Shown in pieces: positions 42,086 through 56,387 of a stretch of 63,841 nucleotides of DNA. Source of the stretch: Paraspadella gotoi. Its lineage: Eukaryota > Animalia > Chaetognatha. The stretch spans positions 18,046,643 to 18,110,483 of the forward strand of contig CM119265.1 of the NCBI GenBank assembly GCA_051294375.1, read 5' to 3'. Within the stretch, counting starts at the first letter, position 1, and each line of letters starts with the position of its first letter. The position numbers were made by a program, and so were the translations under genes. The notes under the pieces were generated by a model. The model did not search any database. It worked only from the letters and a program-made list of their open reading frames with translations, and had not been told where the DNA came from.

Positions 42086-42680
42086 CTGGCCGACGGTGAA
42101 ATCAAACTGATGCGTCGAATCCTTTATTTCGTTTATTATAATAAGGCCTTAGTATTAAAATAATTAAATTAATAATTAATATTAATATAATACAAATTTA
42201 AAAAAATATGAAACTTTCGAGAAGCAAACGTAGTATGTTCATCAAAAAATTGATTAAAACAATTTGAGATCCAATGACGTGCGACGTAAATAATCGAAGA
42301 AAAAGAAAAAAAAGCAGAAAATGAAAAAAAGTTATAATCATGAGCGAAAGAAAAGAAAATCCACGAACTAAATTTTCAATCGATGCTGCCAGTCACGATG
42401 TCTTTTCTTACTTTCACGACTCACGGTCAAAAAGTGATTTTTGTCTCCGCTTTTGGCCGACAACTAAAGCGACGTGATCGCTGTTAGAGAAAATGCATCA
42501 CGCAGAAACTTTTTTATTATTTTTTTTAACGTAAAAATCTTAAAAATTTTTTTTAAAAGATCAAATATAAAGTTGTATTTTAATGATGAAATGTTTTGCT
42601 TTCGTTTCAGGGACTTTTAAAAAATTTATGTATAAGTTATAAAAAGTTTTTTCGAAGCCTGTGACCAAACGATGATAGGG

Positions 42681-42741
<61 letters not shown>

Positions 42742-44257
42742 TCTTCAACGAGGTTATGCCTATGGGCGATAATCGCCCTGGGCATATGGCGCATCACGAT
42801 TGGGACTAAAAAAATAATGAGTGATGATAGAAGAAAAGACCCAACGCAATGGATTCGGATGCATCGGGAGTGAAGGAGTGAGAATGGGGCGGATGAAGTG
42901 AAGGAGTGAAGGAGTGAAGGAGTTAGAATGGAGCGGATGAAACCAAGCCGCTAATTTCGCCAGGCGAGGTGTTGACATCAGGATCCGATCTCTCGGAATA
43001 CAATCCGACTCTCGATTCTAACGAACTCGCCGATTCCTATTGAATACATTGAAAGACTCATTAAATAAAAAGTTTATGGCTTTTCTGGAGGGGGAAAATT
43101 TCGGCACTCCATGACCTTTCATTTTGAAAAACAAAATCTCTGCGGTCCTCGTTCTTGAGAACCTCGTAACGAGAGATATCATTTTATGCGAAAGTCGTTG
43201 TACATTCGTTTCGTGAAATTTCGCCCAAAATTTGTCATCGTTAATTGATGTTCGCATTAATTGCAATGACCATCGACCGGCGACCCGATACTTTCGACGA
43301 GATATTTCAAGAATGAGAGAAACAAAGAGTCACGTGGTTGGCAGAATTCGGAACATCCAGGTGCGGCTGAAGTCGAACCGAGGGATTCGACCCAGGATAA
43401 ATGGCCCAAGGTCAAGAAGGGTAACGGTAATCGGACGCGGGTCAGGCAGGCTAACGGGTGATCGTATGATCAGGTGATCGGATGATCAGGTGCGGCAAGG
43501 GGGTTTTCAAACGGACATCACGACTCATCATCGCTCGTTCATCCAACTCGGTTGAGTCAAAACGAGGCGAGTTGCCCAATTAAGGTTTCGACGCATCGGG
43601 AGTAACTCGGACGTTTGATATCGAAAAGTAAAAAATATTTTTTAAAATAAATACCGGGCCGGTCCGGGCTCTGTGCAAAAAAGAGAAGAGGAGGGGGGGG
43701 AGGTTGGTAATGCGGCCACGTGCTTGGGGGGGGAATACGAGATCGAACGATCGAGCGATTTTTTTCCCTTTATTTTTATTTTATTGGTGAAAGGGTGAAT
43801 CACTGAAGAATAAAGATGTTTATTCCCGAAGCTTTGAATGCGTGATTGGCTAGGAAGTCACGAGCCTGTGAAATTGAAGATTCACCAATTCGTCGATAAC
43901 GGAAACGAAAATACGGAGATTGCAAACTTGTGAGATAAGGAATCGGTAACGATGTAAGTATTGCATGCGACTGTAACGTGATAGAAGTTACGAGCAAGTT
44001 GGGATTTCGAACTGAAAATTATCAAATTGTATGTTATAAATGAGAATCACAACACCGTAAATAGATAAATTTAGTTGATAATTAGTAAACTAAAGATATG
44101 GTAGCTAAATTTTGTTTAAAGTATATCTGTGAATGTTCAGTATGAAATTTGTTTGAGTGTTCTTTCGCAAAGAGAGACTCGATCCTTTGATTCTTTTTTT
44201 GAAATATTCGCAACAATATTTTTATCTTAACTTAAGATCAGATAATAAGAAAATCCA

Positions 44258-44332
<75 letters not shown>

Positions 44333-44611
44333 AACTTAAGATCAGATATTAAAGAAACCATCCTCTCTCTCTCTCTCTCCTCTCTCTCTTCTCTCTCTCT
44401 GACGCCGATAATTTCCCCTTGGCGAGAATTCCCAACTTACTATGATCGGAGAAATTCTAATCTCCACTACAGACATTTCGTACGTACAAGAGCATTTTAC
44501 GTGTTTTAAAAATTGACTTTGAGAGTAAAGTAAATTACTTGATTGCAGAGGTTAGATTATGAACATATTTTTTGACTAAATTTCTTTGACCTACTGATTA
44601 TAAAAGAAAGA

Positions 44612-44644
<33 letters not shown>

Positions 44645-45339
44645 GCGTGGTGAATTATGCGTCAAAGGGCGGAGATGACGTTAAAGATCGACGTTGATGT
44701 CGACGTATCACTTCAGCCGAGTCACCGTCGGTCGTCGAGGGAGTTCACCGGGCTAAAAGATCAGACAAAGAAGAACTTTCACATGAGGTTGTATGGCGTC
44801 AATCATAATGCTTATCACAATGACCATCATAATGCTGGATAAAAAGTCTCCAGTCCAGCTCTCGTCTTCGTTTAAAATTTTAAGATATCTTAAATTTTTG
44901 TGACTTGCATGAATCACCGCGAATCACCTTCTTTTCACTAAAATCACCGCGATTCACATCTATTTTCTACGAATCACCCCGATCGACCGAATTTTGAAAC
45001 CTCCGAGAGCTCGTGAGAATTGGGTCAGAGAGAATCGTCAAATCACGAACGAAGACCGACAATTGCATAACAGTCGTCGTTGTTGTTGTAGTCAAAAAAG
45101 TGTTGCTCGCCGCTGTTTATTTTTGAAAACTGTGAAAACTATTTCCTTTGCTTTTCAAATTATATTTAATACAATAAAAAAAATAGAGTTTTTAACTTGC
45201 GCTCAAACCTCATTAATAGATGTATCCAAAGTTGCAAACGTTGATGATGTTTTGGCAGAAATATTATGTCTGAGACTGAGTCAAATTTTCAGTTTTAAAA
45301 ATTGATACCCAACCTCCAGCCACCCTCCCTGTAACTCAC

Positions 45340-45490
45340 TTCTTCCCGGCGAGTGGCTCTGCGACCTGACGAACCTCTGCGCTCGCGGACTCACGGGGCT
45401 TCGCGGGCTGCGGGGTCGCGTTTGGGGCGGCGCCCTGCCACGCATCCCGCGTTCGCCGCTGCTGCTGAAGGTCGATGACAAGGCGCTCAT
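45340..45490 (-). CDS. Predicted alternative first coding exon B: MSALSSTFSSSGERGMRGRAPPQTRPRSPRSPVSPRAQRFVRSQSHSPGR
   Basis: ATG at 45490; consensus donor A|gtgagt in phase 1; GC-rich island; shares RAPPQTRPR with exon C. Confidence 0.7.
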
Positions 45491-46607
45491 CCTGGCTCGA
45501 GAAATGTAAGCGCTGACCGAAGATGTATGATGAAGAGACTGAGCTCAAGGTTGACGACGTCAAATGTAACAATTATCTTCAGTTTTTAGTTGCGCAACTT
45601 CTTGAAACTTTTCTCGCAGCTTGACATTGGCGACAGACTTTCATTGACAAAACCGTGACATCAAGAATGACGATCATCCTTACTCGATTTAATTTAATCA
45701 TTATATTAGTTTCGAACTTTGCGTTTCCATTGCAACCGCTGTGAAGGCCACTTTTAAATACTAAATGTGATAGAAGAAAATAAATTGGGTGGGGAATTTC
45801 GAAAATGTACAATATTTATTTCGGCTTTTAAAGATAATTTAACAGATAATAAAAAAATCTACCAATAGCAATGAGTCCTATTTTTAAAAGTCATTATCAT
45901 AAAAATTTGCTACAAAATTACTCTAGTTTTCATTTTGCAAAATTTGTATTTAATCACAAAAATATAGAAAAAAAAAGGAAGAAATCTGATTGCGAGAAGC
46001 TCGCCCAGCGAGAAAAAAAATTAAAAAAGTGAAATTGGTGAAAGAAGTGAATTTGGTGAAAGAAGACGGCGTGAAAAATCAGCGAATGATTAATGATGAT
46101 GATGATCGAAGCCAGTGAGAAGACGATCTTCACGCCGGGATTTAAATGGAGTGAAGAAACGTGATTTCTCAAAAGACGAAAACCCGTGAAAGACGCTGGC
46201 AACTTGACGGATTTTGACGACTCATTTAATGCCGATAAGACGACGACGAAAACGACGACGAATATGAAGACGAGGGCAGAGAAAAGTCGGAGAAGATGAA
46301 CGCACGTGTTACGGCAAAGAGAGAGAGAGAGAGAGAGGCACGAGGAGAAGAGCATAGAGACGCGAGAACCCGAGACGAGAGTACAGCGACGACGAGAGTA
46401 TGATTGCATTATAAGAGAGAGAGAGAGAGAGAGAGAGGCAAAATGGTGCGGCGAGGTGGAGGGGAATATGTTGATTTCTCCCACTCACTTCCAAATCACT
46501 CTCTTTCTTTTTAAGTCAATTTTTTTATGTATTACAGATTCTCCAAAAAACGCCGACTCTCAATTTCTAATAAAGGGTACATTACACAATCTTCTCTCTC
46601 ATTCTCT

Positions 46608-46643
<36 letters not shown>

Positions 46644-48572
46644 CTCTTCTCTCTTCCTCTCTCTCTCTCTCCTCCTCTCTCTCTCTCTCTCTCTCTCTCC
46701 ATCTCTCTCTCCTCTCTCTCTCTCTCCAGAAACGGAAAAGGCGTAAACATCGGACGAGAAGGGAAGTCTAAACAAGAGAGAAGAACCCAAAGAGATTTTC
46801 ATCCTTCAAAGTTTTTTTTTATTCGAATAACTTGAGATCGTTTGACGACACCGACGTCGAGTGATCGACTGTGAAAAAAAATCACTTGACGGGTAAATTC
46901 TTTTCATCTTTCGAAAAGAAAACATAAAATTAATTATTTTTTTTAACAAGTTAGGATACGCATACGGCTCAGAATTCGGATTGGATGACGATCTTATTTT
47001 AAAAGTTTATTTACTTTATCAAATAAAATTTTTAAAAAATTCGTAACAGGCCATTACGTTTTGTTGGTAAAAAAAATCAATTTAAGAAATAGGGATTGCG
47101 TATAATAAACGTACGTCAATCTTTAGATAGAAGCAAACGTTACGTTCCGATATCATTGGGCCGAAAAATGGTTTTCGTTGTTTACGTGTTCAGTTTCTGA
47201 TAAAAGCGTAAATATTATCTGCTGTTGATGCCAGAAGATGAGCTCTTTCACTCTCTCTCTATCTCTTTCTCTCTCGTGCTCGCTCGATCCCGCTTTCGCA
47301 ACTGAAAAAAAAAACTTGAGGAAAAATTTTCGGAATTTTTCACAGTTGGTCAATATTGTTGTAGTTACCAAACTTATTATATTTATATAGCTATCATCAA
47401 AACGATCTCGTTAATGGTATATTTCTTAAGGTGTTACTATTATTATTTGTTATTTTCTTGTTTCTCTCAAGTTCCGTTTGACTTTGGTGAAGTTTAAATT
47501 TCACTCGTAATTTGAAATGTTTAAATTTGAAATCTAAGAAATATATTTTTCATTTTATATAGAATAAAATCTCTTTTCTTAATAGATAAAAAAAGAGAAT
47601 AAACATTTTTATGAAAGTCAGATTTTTACCCTGGGGTCAAACAAATTTTCGGCCAGTTTTATCAGTTAGAAGAAAAAAAACTTCAGTTTCAATTTAAAAA
47701 AATATTGCGGGGAAAACGAATCCAGGCTTTCACTACGTTTGGCAGCCTCACACACCTTATTAACTTAATATGAAATAATTTTGTGACATCTCAGAAATTC
47801 AATTCAAATTTAATTCCATTATGTTTGGACGTGGAAGTTAACATGTTGGCTAAAAACTCATCCTTAGACATTACTTCTCTGTGTTTTTTAAAACAGAGAT
47901 GCTTATTCACTTACTCACTTCTATCGCCTCTCTCTCCTCTCCCCCCCCCTCCACGTGAATTTCACATCAAAGAGAAATATTGATGGAGTTCTGAATTTGT
48001 GAGTTGCCGACGCCGACGGCGATCAGAACCATTTTTTTTATAAACATATACATTGAATATAGTTTCCTCGCGAACAAAAAATATAAATGGAAAATCGGCA
48101 TCGCGAAGAGAAGATAAGCGATAAATTAACGCATTGTTCTCGATGTCGCGACGATGCAATTGCTGATTTTTTGTTTATAGATGTTAGTTATTGAGGTCGA
48201 CGCCAGGATTAAACACGACGCGAATCCTATTCTTGAAATTACAGATCAACTTTTGAGACAAAAGGGAAACGAAATGGTCCAAAAATATTGAATAACTCTG
48301 AACAAAGATGTTTAATAATAACAACAAAATATTTATTACCAGAAATACTAACCGTTAAATGTAATGTAATGTTCATTAAAATTATGGTACAAATCTGCTG
48401 TCAATTTTAAAATATTTTTTTTAATGTTTTTAAATAATACTAGCTTCAAAATTCAAAGAAAGAAATTGCGTGGAGGAAAAAACTTGTCGACGTCGCGCGT
48501 GTGAAACGGAAAACTCCCGAAATACCCGCGTTGAATTAGATTCAACGGTGACTGTGTTGCACTGCGAGATGA

Positions 48573-48675
<103 letters not shown>

Positions 48676-48842
48676 CACTCGTGGATATCTCGTTCTCCCT
48701 CTTATCCACGAGTACATGTCGTCCTCCTCCACCTTGTTCTCGCCATCTTTCTTTTTTTTTCTCTTCTTTTCCCTTTTCAATTTTGTTGGCTTCCAAAACT
48801 CGGAAGCTCGCCGTAAAAAAAAGTGATCTCTCGCTCACTCAC

Positions 48843-50268
48843 TGTTTCTCTTCCGCCCCCGCCCCCCTCGAGCCTGCACTCTCTCTCCCTCGAACTCACC
48901 ATTCTCCACTTCCCCTTCGTCCTCTTCTTCCTCTTCCCGCTCCTCCACCTCCCCGGCGTCCAACACCTCGTCGACGACGCCGGCTCCAGTGTCGACGGAG
49001 TGGCTGAAGGATTGATTGAAGGAGTGATTGCAGAGTTGGTACGAGAATTCCTCCTTCACCGTCGAGTATTCCGAGAGCGGCGAGGTTTCCGCCACCGCCA
49101 GAGTCGCCAGCGGTGGCGCTCCCGCAGCAACAGCGCCGGCGGCGTGACGTTGCGGCGTGAAGGAGGCTGGAGTGGCCAGAGCGGATGCGAGACCCATCGT
49201 CGTTTCGAGGAGATCTCGAGGAGGAGCGGACGCGTTCGCTGCGAGGCAGAAGGTTTTGATCATTATTTGTTTACAATTGTACAATATTATTATTTCCATC
49301 CATTGCGACCACATCAATCGCAGGTTCGTCTTTCTAAGGAGAAAAATTATCTTGTTTTCTTTATGAATATACATGTACTATTGTACCTGTTGTAAAGCCT
49401 TCTTGACGAAGCTGCATGGCTTCCAATCGCGAAGATTTTCCAACAGCGACGGCCTCGGCTGCGCCGCTTTTCCTCTCCCGACGCTGCAGCGCAGTAGCGG
49501 CGCAACGCGGCGCCTCGATCTCTCCGTCGACTTCCCGAAGTTCGAACGCTTCCTGGTAAAAGACGTCGTCTTCGTCGTCGTCGTTTTCGTCGTTTTCCAA
49601 GCAGTTGGCGTCTCCCGCGACTCCTTCGGCGGCGCTAGAACCGTCATTGAGTAACCGCCGACGTTCACGGCTCCCGTCGGTCGTCGCTGCGGCGTCGGCG
49701 GCGTCCGCCGCCTCCTGCCGCCGCGGAGAGGGGACGAATAAGGACGACGACGGCAGAGAAAATCGGGCGGGGGCCCCGGTGGTTGAAAGGTTTGAGGACG
49801 GAGGGAAGTGACGCAGCCGGGGATGGTTATGGTGAGGGTGGTGATTTGGATGGTGCGGGTGGTGCTCGAGAGGATGGTGGAGCAGGGTCTCCGAGCTGCA
49901 CGACTCCAGGGTTTGCGAGGGATCGCTGACGGCCAAGGAAATTTGGTGACGAAAAAGAGCGATTTTAAAAGTTTAATTTAATTTCGTAAAGGATAGACAG
50001 AATAGAAAGCAAATGAACACCCCACCGGTCCCCTACCGCAAAACAGAAAAATCAAAATAAAGGGAAAAAATCGGTCATTTGGTCTCCACCTGCTACGAGT
50101 AAATGTTTCGTTGCAAACCAAAGATTGCGTGTGTTTCTTTGAGAATTCAACCGTCGGTGTTTTGTGACTGCAAGGAAAAGTTTTATTTAACTCTTAAACA
50201 GATAAGGATCAGGAAATAATTTTCTCCAAACTTAAGGAATACCTTGGCAGGGATTCGGTAATGTTCAT
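48843..50268 (-). CDS. Predicted long 5' segment of the same gene (exons 50268-50243, 49925-49387, 49238-48843); low-complexity His/Pro-, Ala- and Asp/Glu-rich protein
   Basis: Phase-consistent GT-AG joins: MNITESLP AG|gtattc...gtcag|C GAT (phase 2); FTT G|gtacaa...cgcag|CG AAC (phase 1); RKRN A|gtgagt (phase 1). The two large exons lie within ORFs 49361-49936 and 48835-49374. The 26-nt first exon and the link to the downstream exons are less certain. Confidence 0.6.
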
Positions 50269-52560
50269 GTTAAAGCAGGGATGCCATATTTTAGTCTTTA
50301 TCTTTATTTACGTAATAATATGATGAGCGTTGAAACTTGAAGCACGAAAGGTGAAAGCTCGATGTTAGTTTTTCGAACAAGTTGGTCGATAGCGAAAAAG
50401 GTAAGTTAGTGGCGAAATGAGGATTTAACGACGAAGACTTGGAAAGTCAGTCTTCTGATGACGAAGACGACGCGGTGGCTGAAAAGATTGGAATAAGATG
50501 GAATTCAGTCGAAGGGAACGAGATTATCTTAGAATTAACCATCGATTTCTTCCTCCACTTTGTTCGATCGAGGAGAGAAGAGGAAAGAAAATGAAAACAA
50601 TTTGTTTGTTCCTTTCTCTTTTGGAAGAAGCCTCGTTTTGATCGCGGGAAGTTACGAACGTCCGAGACGCTATCGTCGATTTTCGTCTAGAACGTTTTGG
50701 TCGTCCGCTAATGTCGGCGGAATTTTCGAATTTGAATTTGCGCGCGCGATTCGCTTTCCAACGTTCGTTTGGGTCGCGAGGAATTGAGCGTCGCGTTCTT
50801 CTTCTTTTTTTTTTTCAAATGAGACTCGCAAAAAAAGGGATGGCGGGTAGACGATGAAGGGAAGTTGGCGAACAAGGCGGGCAGCGCCGGACCCAGAACG
50901 GCGGGCCGATCTCCGGAAACAAAAGATTCCTAGAAAGGAAATCAGATAAATGAATTAGAAAATAAATCTAGATTAATTTTGACAATAAGCGTCTTCAAAA
51001 TTGTCTCGGAAACGGTAATTTTCCTGAGTAATTTCCTCATAAATATCGGAGTTCGAAAAACGAAAGTCTTTATTACTCTTACAACGATTTTTATTAAACA
51101 TTCGGTAAAACTAATAAAAACTTTCGTTTTTCGAACTCCGCTATTCAAATAAAACAACGAAAAGATATAAAATTACAAAATCAATATCATATTCTAAGTT
51201 GAGCATAAATTTTATGTTCACTTTATTATTTATTTATTTATTTTTCAAGCTCTAATGCACAAACGGGACACTTATTTGTCTTAAAGAGCGCCAAAATACT
51301 TTTAAAATATCCAAAAAGACCCATTATCCCGTTAAGTGACAAATCTTTTGTTCTCAAATTCCCGATTTTTGGCCACCGCCCAAGATTTGCAAATATCGAA
51401 AATACATAAAATCAGCGATAGATCATGCTTGAGTTGGCGTTATAAGGCAAGGGAGAAGATGGAAAAAAGGGGAAAAAAAGGGAAAAAAGTTAGAAAAATG
51501 GCAAAAAAAATAAGAAAGCGAAGCGCCTCTAGAGACGCCTGTCGTCGTAAAATACGCCTCGGACCGATTATAAAGACGTTGCGAGGACAGAAACGATCTC
51601 CTTTCTTCTTGGAACGGCGGGTAAGAGACCTTACTTATGGCGGCGTCTTCCTCTTTCTTCTTCAGGGAGAGTTAAAGGTTAAACTCCAATCCGTCTTTTT
51701 TTTTTCCAGGCCGCATTAGTGTTATTTTTGAAAAGAACAAGTGGCAAAGTGGATCAAAAGAACACGGGGAAGATTTTATACATCAATGTTACAAGAAAAA
51801 AGATTCATTTGGTATTATTGGTATAAGTGTTGCACTGATGAATAAGCTGCGGAGAATATAAGTTTAATATGAAGGTTTGGATTCAACAATGGGAAACTGC
51901 TTGAAGTAGGTTATTCAACAAACTGACGTACTATGAATGCGTCTTACTTTTCTCCTTGATAAATCAAAGTGACTTCTTTAAAAGGTTTGACGGAATGAAA
52001 TGAGCTTATGGCCGTTGAAGCGTAGTACATTAATGTCAAACGTGAAAAAAAAAGGCAAAGAAGTGTGACGGAGAGATAAATTGGGGCGGGAGTGAAAGGA
52101 ACTTTTCGATTCCATGATGCGAGAGCGAGGTGTCCTGGTACAAAAAGGCAGTTCACGACAGCGGATTCCTTCTTTGGTTGAGTACAGCTGTTCGCCCACT
52201 CTGACAAAATCAAAACGCAGAAAATAAATTTGAATTTGACGAAATCGATTTCGGAAACTTGATGCGAGAGCGAAATTGTGAAACAGAAAGTGAGTGTCAG
52301 AGAGAAACGGAGAGAAAGTATGAGTGGGGGGGGGGAACGGAAACTGTGACTTTACAGTTTGCATTGAAAGTACTACAATTGTTTGATGAAAGCCACATTA
52401 AACTTTTCCTTTTGTGCGCAGGAGAAACCGTTGAAATAAAAATATAGCCAATTTTGGTTCAGCAAGAGAGCAAAATTTTTCTCTTTATTCTCTCTCTCTT
52501 CTCCTCTCTCTCTCTCTCTCTCTTCTCTCTCTCGTCTCCTTCTCTCTCTCTCTCTCTCAC

Positions 52561-52611
<51 letters not shown>

Positions 52612-53759
52612 TTCTCTCTATCTCTTTCTCTCTCTTACACAATCACATCCTCTGGAATTCCACGAATCGAGAGTCTTGGGGAGAGGGTAGACCAGAGATG
52701 CAGGAGGAGTGGAGAATATCGACTGCGAGAAAAGGAACGTGATGCCACGAAAGAGAAAATGGAAAAGAAATCTGGGTTGACGTCGGGGGTTGGAGGGTGG
52801 TGGGGGGGTGGTGGGGGGAATCGGGGAGGTGGGGTGAGCGATGGTAAGAGAATTCGTGGGGGGGGAGGAGAAAAGAAACCGGAGAGCAAAAGTAAAGAAT
52901 GAGGGGTCAAATAAATTTTTTTAAAAAAATAAAGTTTTGAAATGGACTAATCTGAAATTAAGTTCTTTAACTGGAGGAGGCGGGGGTCCTTGACGAGAAC
53001 GGCTGAGTTAGGTTGACCAAAGAATTGAAAGTGACTAGAAGAACGTTTTCTATGACAAAGAATTGTCGAGAAATGGTCGCCTGAATAATTTAAGGGGAGT
53101 TTTGAGGGGAAAATGTGAACCAGCGTTCACTGAACCAGGGAACACAGAGGATGAGGTTGGTCAGATGCAAGGGACAAAAAAGAAAGAGGCGGCCTTCATT
53201 TGACCCACGTTTTAAACTTCATGCGAACCTGCGTGTGAACCTTCACTCGCACCTACGTGTGAACCTTCGCGTGCACCTCCTCACGGCCGAATCTCCGCTT
53301 TTAACTTCCGATTCGCTCGTTTCTTTCTCTCGTTCGCGCGACTAAAAGCTTTCGAAATGACAACGGGCCGCAAGGCGGGTCTCAAAAGAGGAAATCGAAA
53401 CTCTGTCTCAGTTTCTATCTTTCCTCTCTTCTGTCCCCTTTTTCGGTCCCCCATCTTTCTTGTTTCTTTTTTTTTTCGGCTGGAAAAGAAATTAGAGGAA
53501 GATCTTTTGCGCTTGAAGAAGTCGGGCGGCATTTTGGGCAATAAAAAAAAGAAAAAAAATTGCATTGATGCAGGGCATTCTGCTTCGTGCTTTTTTCGGA
53601 TTTTGAGACAATTGTTCAATGCGCTCGTGTTGCAAAAGAGTCAGGCCCACAATGCCACCTTGTTTTTCTTCTTTTTGTGGTCTTCGATAATTCCATTGCT
53701 ATTAAATCCTCGCCATTCTCATTATTTGGAGATTATTGAGGGGATTACCAGTTCCAGGG

Positions 53760-53806
<47 letters not shown>

Positions 53807-54488
53807 CTCTCGCCTCTCTCTCTCTCTCATCTCAACTGTTCTCTCTTTTGAGAAAATGCAAACAAATGGACACAAAAGATAAAATTCTATTTGCGCATTT
53901 GTTCTTCCTCGGCGAGTCAAACACTGAAACCTCATACGTTACTCGACATTACATTTTTCACTTTTCGACTCATTCACTCAATCTCCCATCTTGTTCATTC
54001 ACTCCTCACGCGGTTTCTTTAATTCTCTTCCTTTACTCAAACCTTCAATTGCTCGCAATTCTCTTCGTGAGGGAGAATCTTCCCCCGCCCTCCCCGCCCT
54101 CCCCTTCCTTCTCTCCCTTACTCCCCAACGACCACCATCGAATCGGCTCCCGGCATTTCTCGCTTCCGCCACTGACCGGAATCCGGCATCAACCAGTCTC
54201 CCGGCGCCTGAAACCAACAATGACTTTCGGTTGCTTCCCTCTCACTGGTTTCAAGGTGCAAAGTAATGGGAAAAGAATCGAAGACGAGGCCGTAAAGTGG
54301 AGAGAGAGGAACTCTCTTTTATATATTTTGTTTTCTCGTTCAATTCTTAGTTTCTCGTCATTTCTTTCCTTTTTATTTTTTTTCTTTCTATTTTTTCTAT
54401 TTTCTATTTTCTATTCTTCCTTTCTTTCCTTGCCTATTTTATTGTTTCACTCGAATTTCGCTCGATCGTTTTCGCTGTTGACAAACGT

Positions 54489-54595
54489 ATGAGTACAAAA
54501 ATAAATCAGTCATTTTTATGATTTTAATTTTCATAAAAATGACTGGTTTATGATTATTAAAATCATAAAAATGACCGATTTACTTTTGTACTCAT
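54489..54595. repeat. 40-bp-arm inverted repeat (hairpin or MITE-like)
   Basis: atgagtacaaaaataaatcagtcatttttatgattttaat ... attaaaatcataaaaatgaccgatttacttttgtactcat; 38/40 positions complementary. Confidence 0.85.
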
Positions 54596-56343
54596 TTTTG
54601 AACTCAGACGTTCGTTTTTTCCCCTTTGACATGTTTTGAGTTTTGCTTTCAACTAACCAGTGTTAGACTGTAAGGTCATCCAGAATTAAACTGTTTGCCT
54701 CTTGAATAATCCGGGTTAATCGGGTCAGCTAATCGAAAGAGAGGCAAGCAAACACGAATGGCCAGAAAGCAAGCCCTTCGTCTGCCAAGCGACCAATTTA
54801 TATGATAAACATTAAGAAGCAAGCTTGAGAGGAGAGCAATAAAGACAGCTACTGAGAATGGAAGCTTTGGAGATGGAGAGAAGAGGTCAAGCGAAGCGAA
54901 GGTAGGATCGTCCTTGATCTGTGCGCCCCCTCGTTATGTTCGCCCGCGATATTTATATCGACGGCGAAGCTTCTTTTTTTTTTGGCTTCGCGAAGCCAAA
55001 TAAAAGCCGCTCGCTCTTACGGCGTGATAGTTGTGAGAATCATAGAAGAACGATTTAGTGAGAGAAATATAATGAAGAGCCTGTCACGTTTTGTCAATGT
55101 TATAACATGTCAATTAATTAATCCTGTCCTGATTTTGATGAGATAAAGCAAAAATAATGAAAAGATCTGCGTAAAAGTTTTGGGATCCTCGACTAATGTT
55201 AAAATAATTGGTATGAGTGGCTAAATTAAGATTATTTTATGTAAAATTATCTTCTATAAATAAACTTTTTCGAAGTGATCAAGTTGGAGGTGACTTGAAT
55301 TTTTTAAATTTTATTTATAACTTATATTCTTCTTTTTTTCTCTCAATCGAGTTTGTAAGTTTTGTTACTCTGCCTTGTTGTACCTTCGCTATCAACTCCA
55401 ATTATACCCTTTCGTTTCAAATCAAATACGAATCGACCTTCCGCGTTAAAAAAAAACCAAACTAACAAACAAAAAACCCAAAAAACCGAAACAAAAAACC
55501 AAAAGAAAAGAAAGAAAAAAGCTGTTTTTTTCTTCGATCGATATTCCCGCGAGAAACCGAGTAGGCGGACAGAACGAGAGCTTTGGTTTGGATTAGGTGA
55601 GGTGACGGTTCACAACTTCACAACCCGTAGAATTCACTGGAGTCAGGTAACAGAGATCTAGAAGGATCACGGACGTACATTGTACGTCGTACGTCGTACG
55701 TCGTACAATGAAGTCGTTCGTGAAATTAATCGAAAAATAATCGATGAAATTTGCGAGATGAGCGCCGAGCAATCAGGGAATAAAGGATTTTTAATCCCGA
55801 ACATTCATTAAAAAAAAATTGTAAAAGAAAATCGATATAAAAAGGAAGGAGGTAATGTTATGAAAATATTATGCAAACGTTAATTTATTGTTTTCGTTGT
55901 TTATCCCTAGTTAAGCCGGTTAAACAAAACTGTTGACGATTCACAGAATTATGATAATTTCAAAGCAATAAAAATCCTTGAAATAAAATGGAATTTGTTA
56001 AAGTCGTAGAACTAAAAACGACACCGACGACAATCTGCAGCAGATTCGGTGACAATCCAAGCGCGAAGACGGATCCAAATTTCAAATCCCGCGAGGAGAC
56101 GAAAAAGACGAAAAAAGATGTGAAAAAAAATAGAGGAATTCGAGATTCCGTGATCAAGTAAAAAAAACGGTTTCTCGTTTAAACAATGGCCAATTAATGA
56201 ACCAGTTTATTTTCTTCTTTTTTTTCTTTCTTTTTTTTCTAGCGCCGAATACCCGCGCGTTCTTTCCATCTTTCCATCTTTTCTCCGGGAAAAAAAAAAG
56301 GGGAAGTAGGTGACGATCACGCCGATGACGTAGTCGCTCGAAA

Positions 56344-56387
<44 letters not shown>

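Noticed and set aside
44230-44400. aacttaagatcagata...(CT)n unit occurring twice
   Set aside because: Short indel-laden duplication around a microsatellite; probably a read or assembly slip.
44911-44985. Spaced short repeats as a CRISPR-like array
   Set aside because: Units are too short and degenerate, the context is eukaryotic, and no cas genes are present.
45336-45572. 78-aa ORF ending GKK as a neuropeptide precursor
   Set aside because: No signal peptide; the overlapping frame carrying RAPPQTRPR is better supported.
53848-54492. 214-aa ORF with a Pro-rich middle
   Set aside because: Largely pyrimidine-rich low-complexity sequence; no supported start or splice chain.
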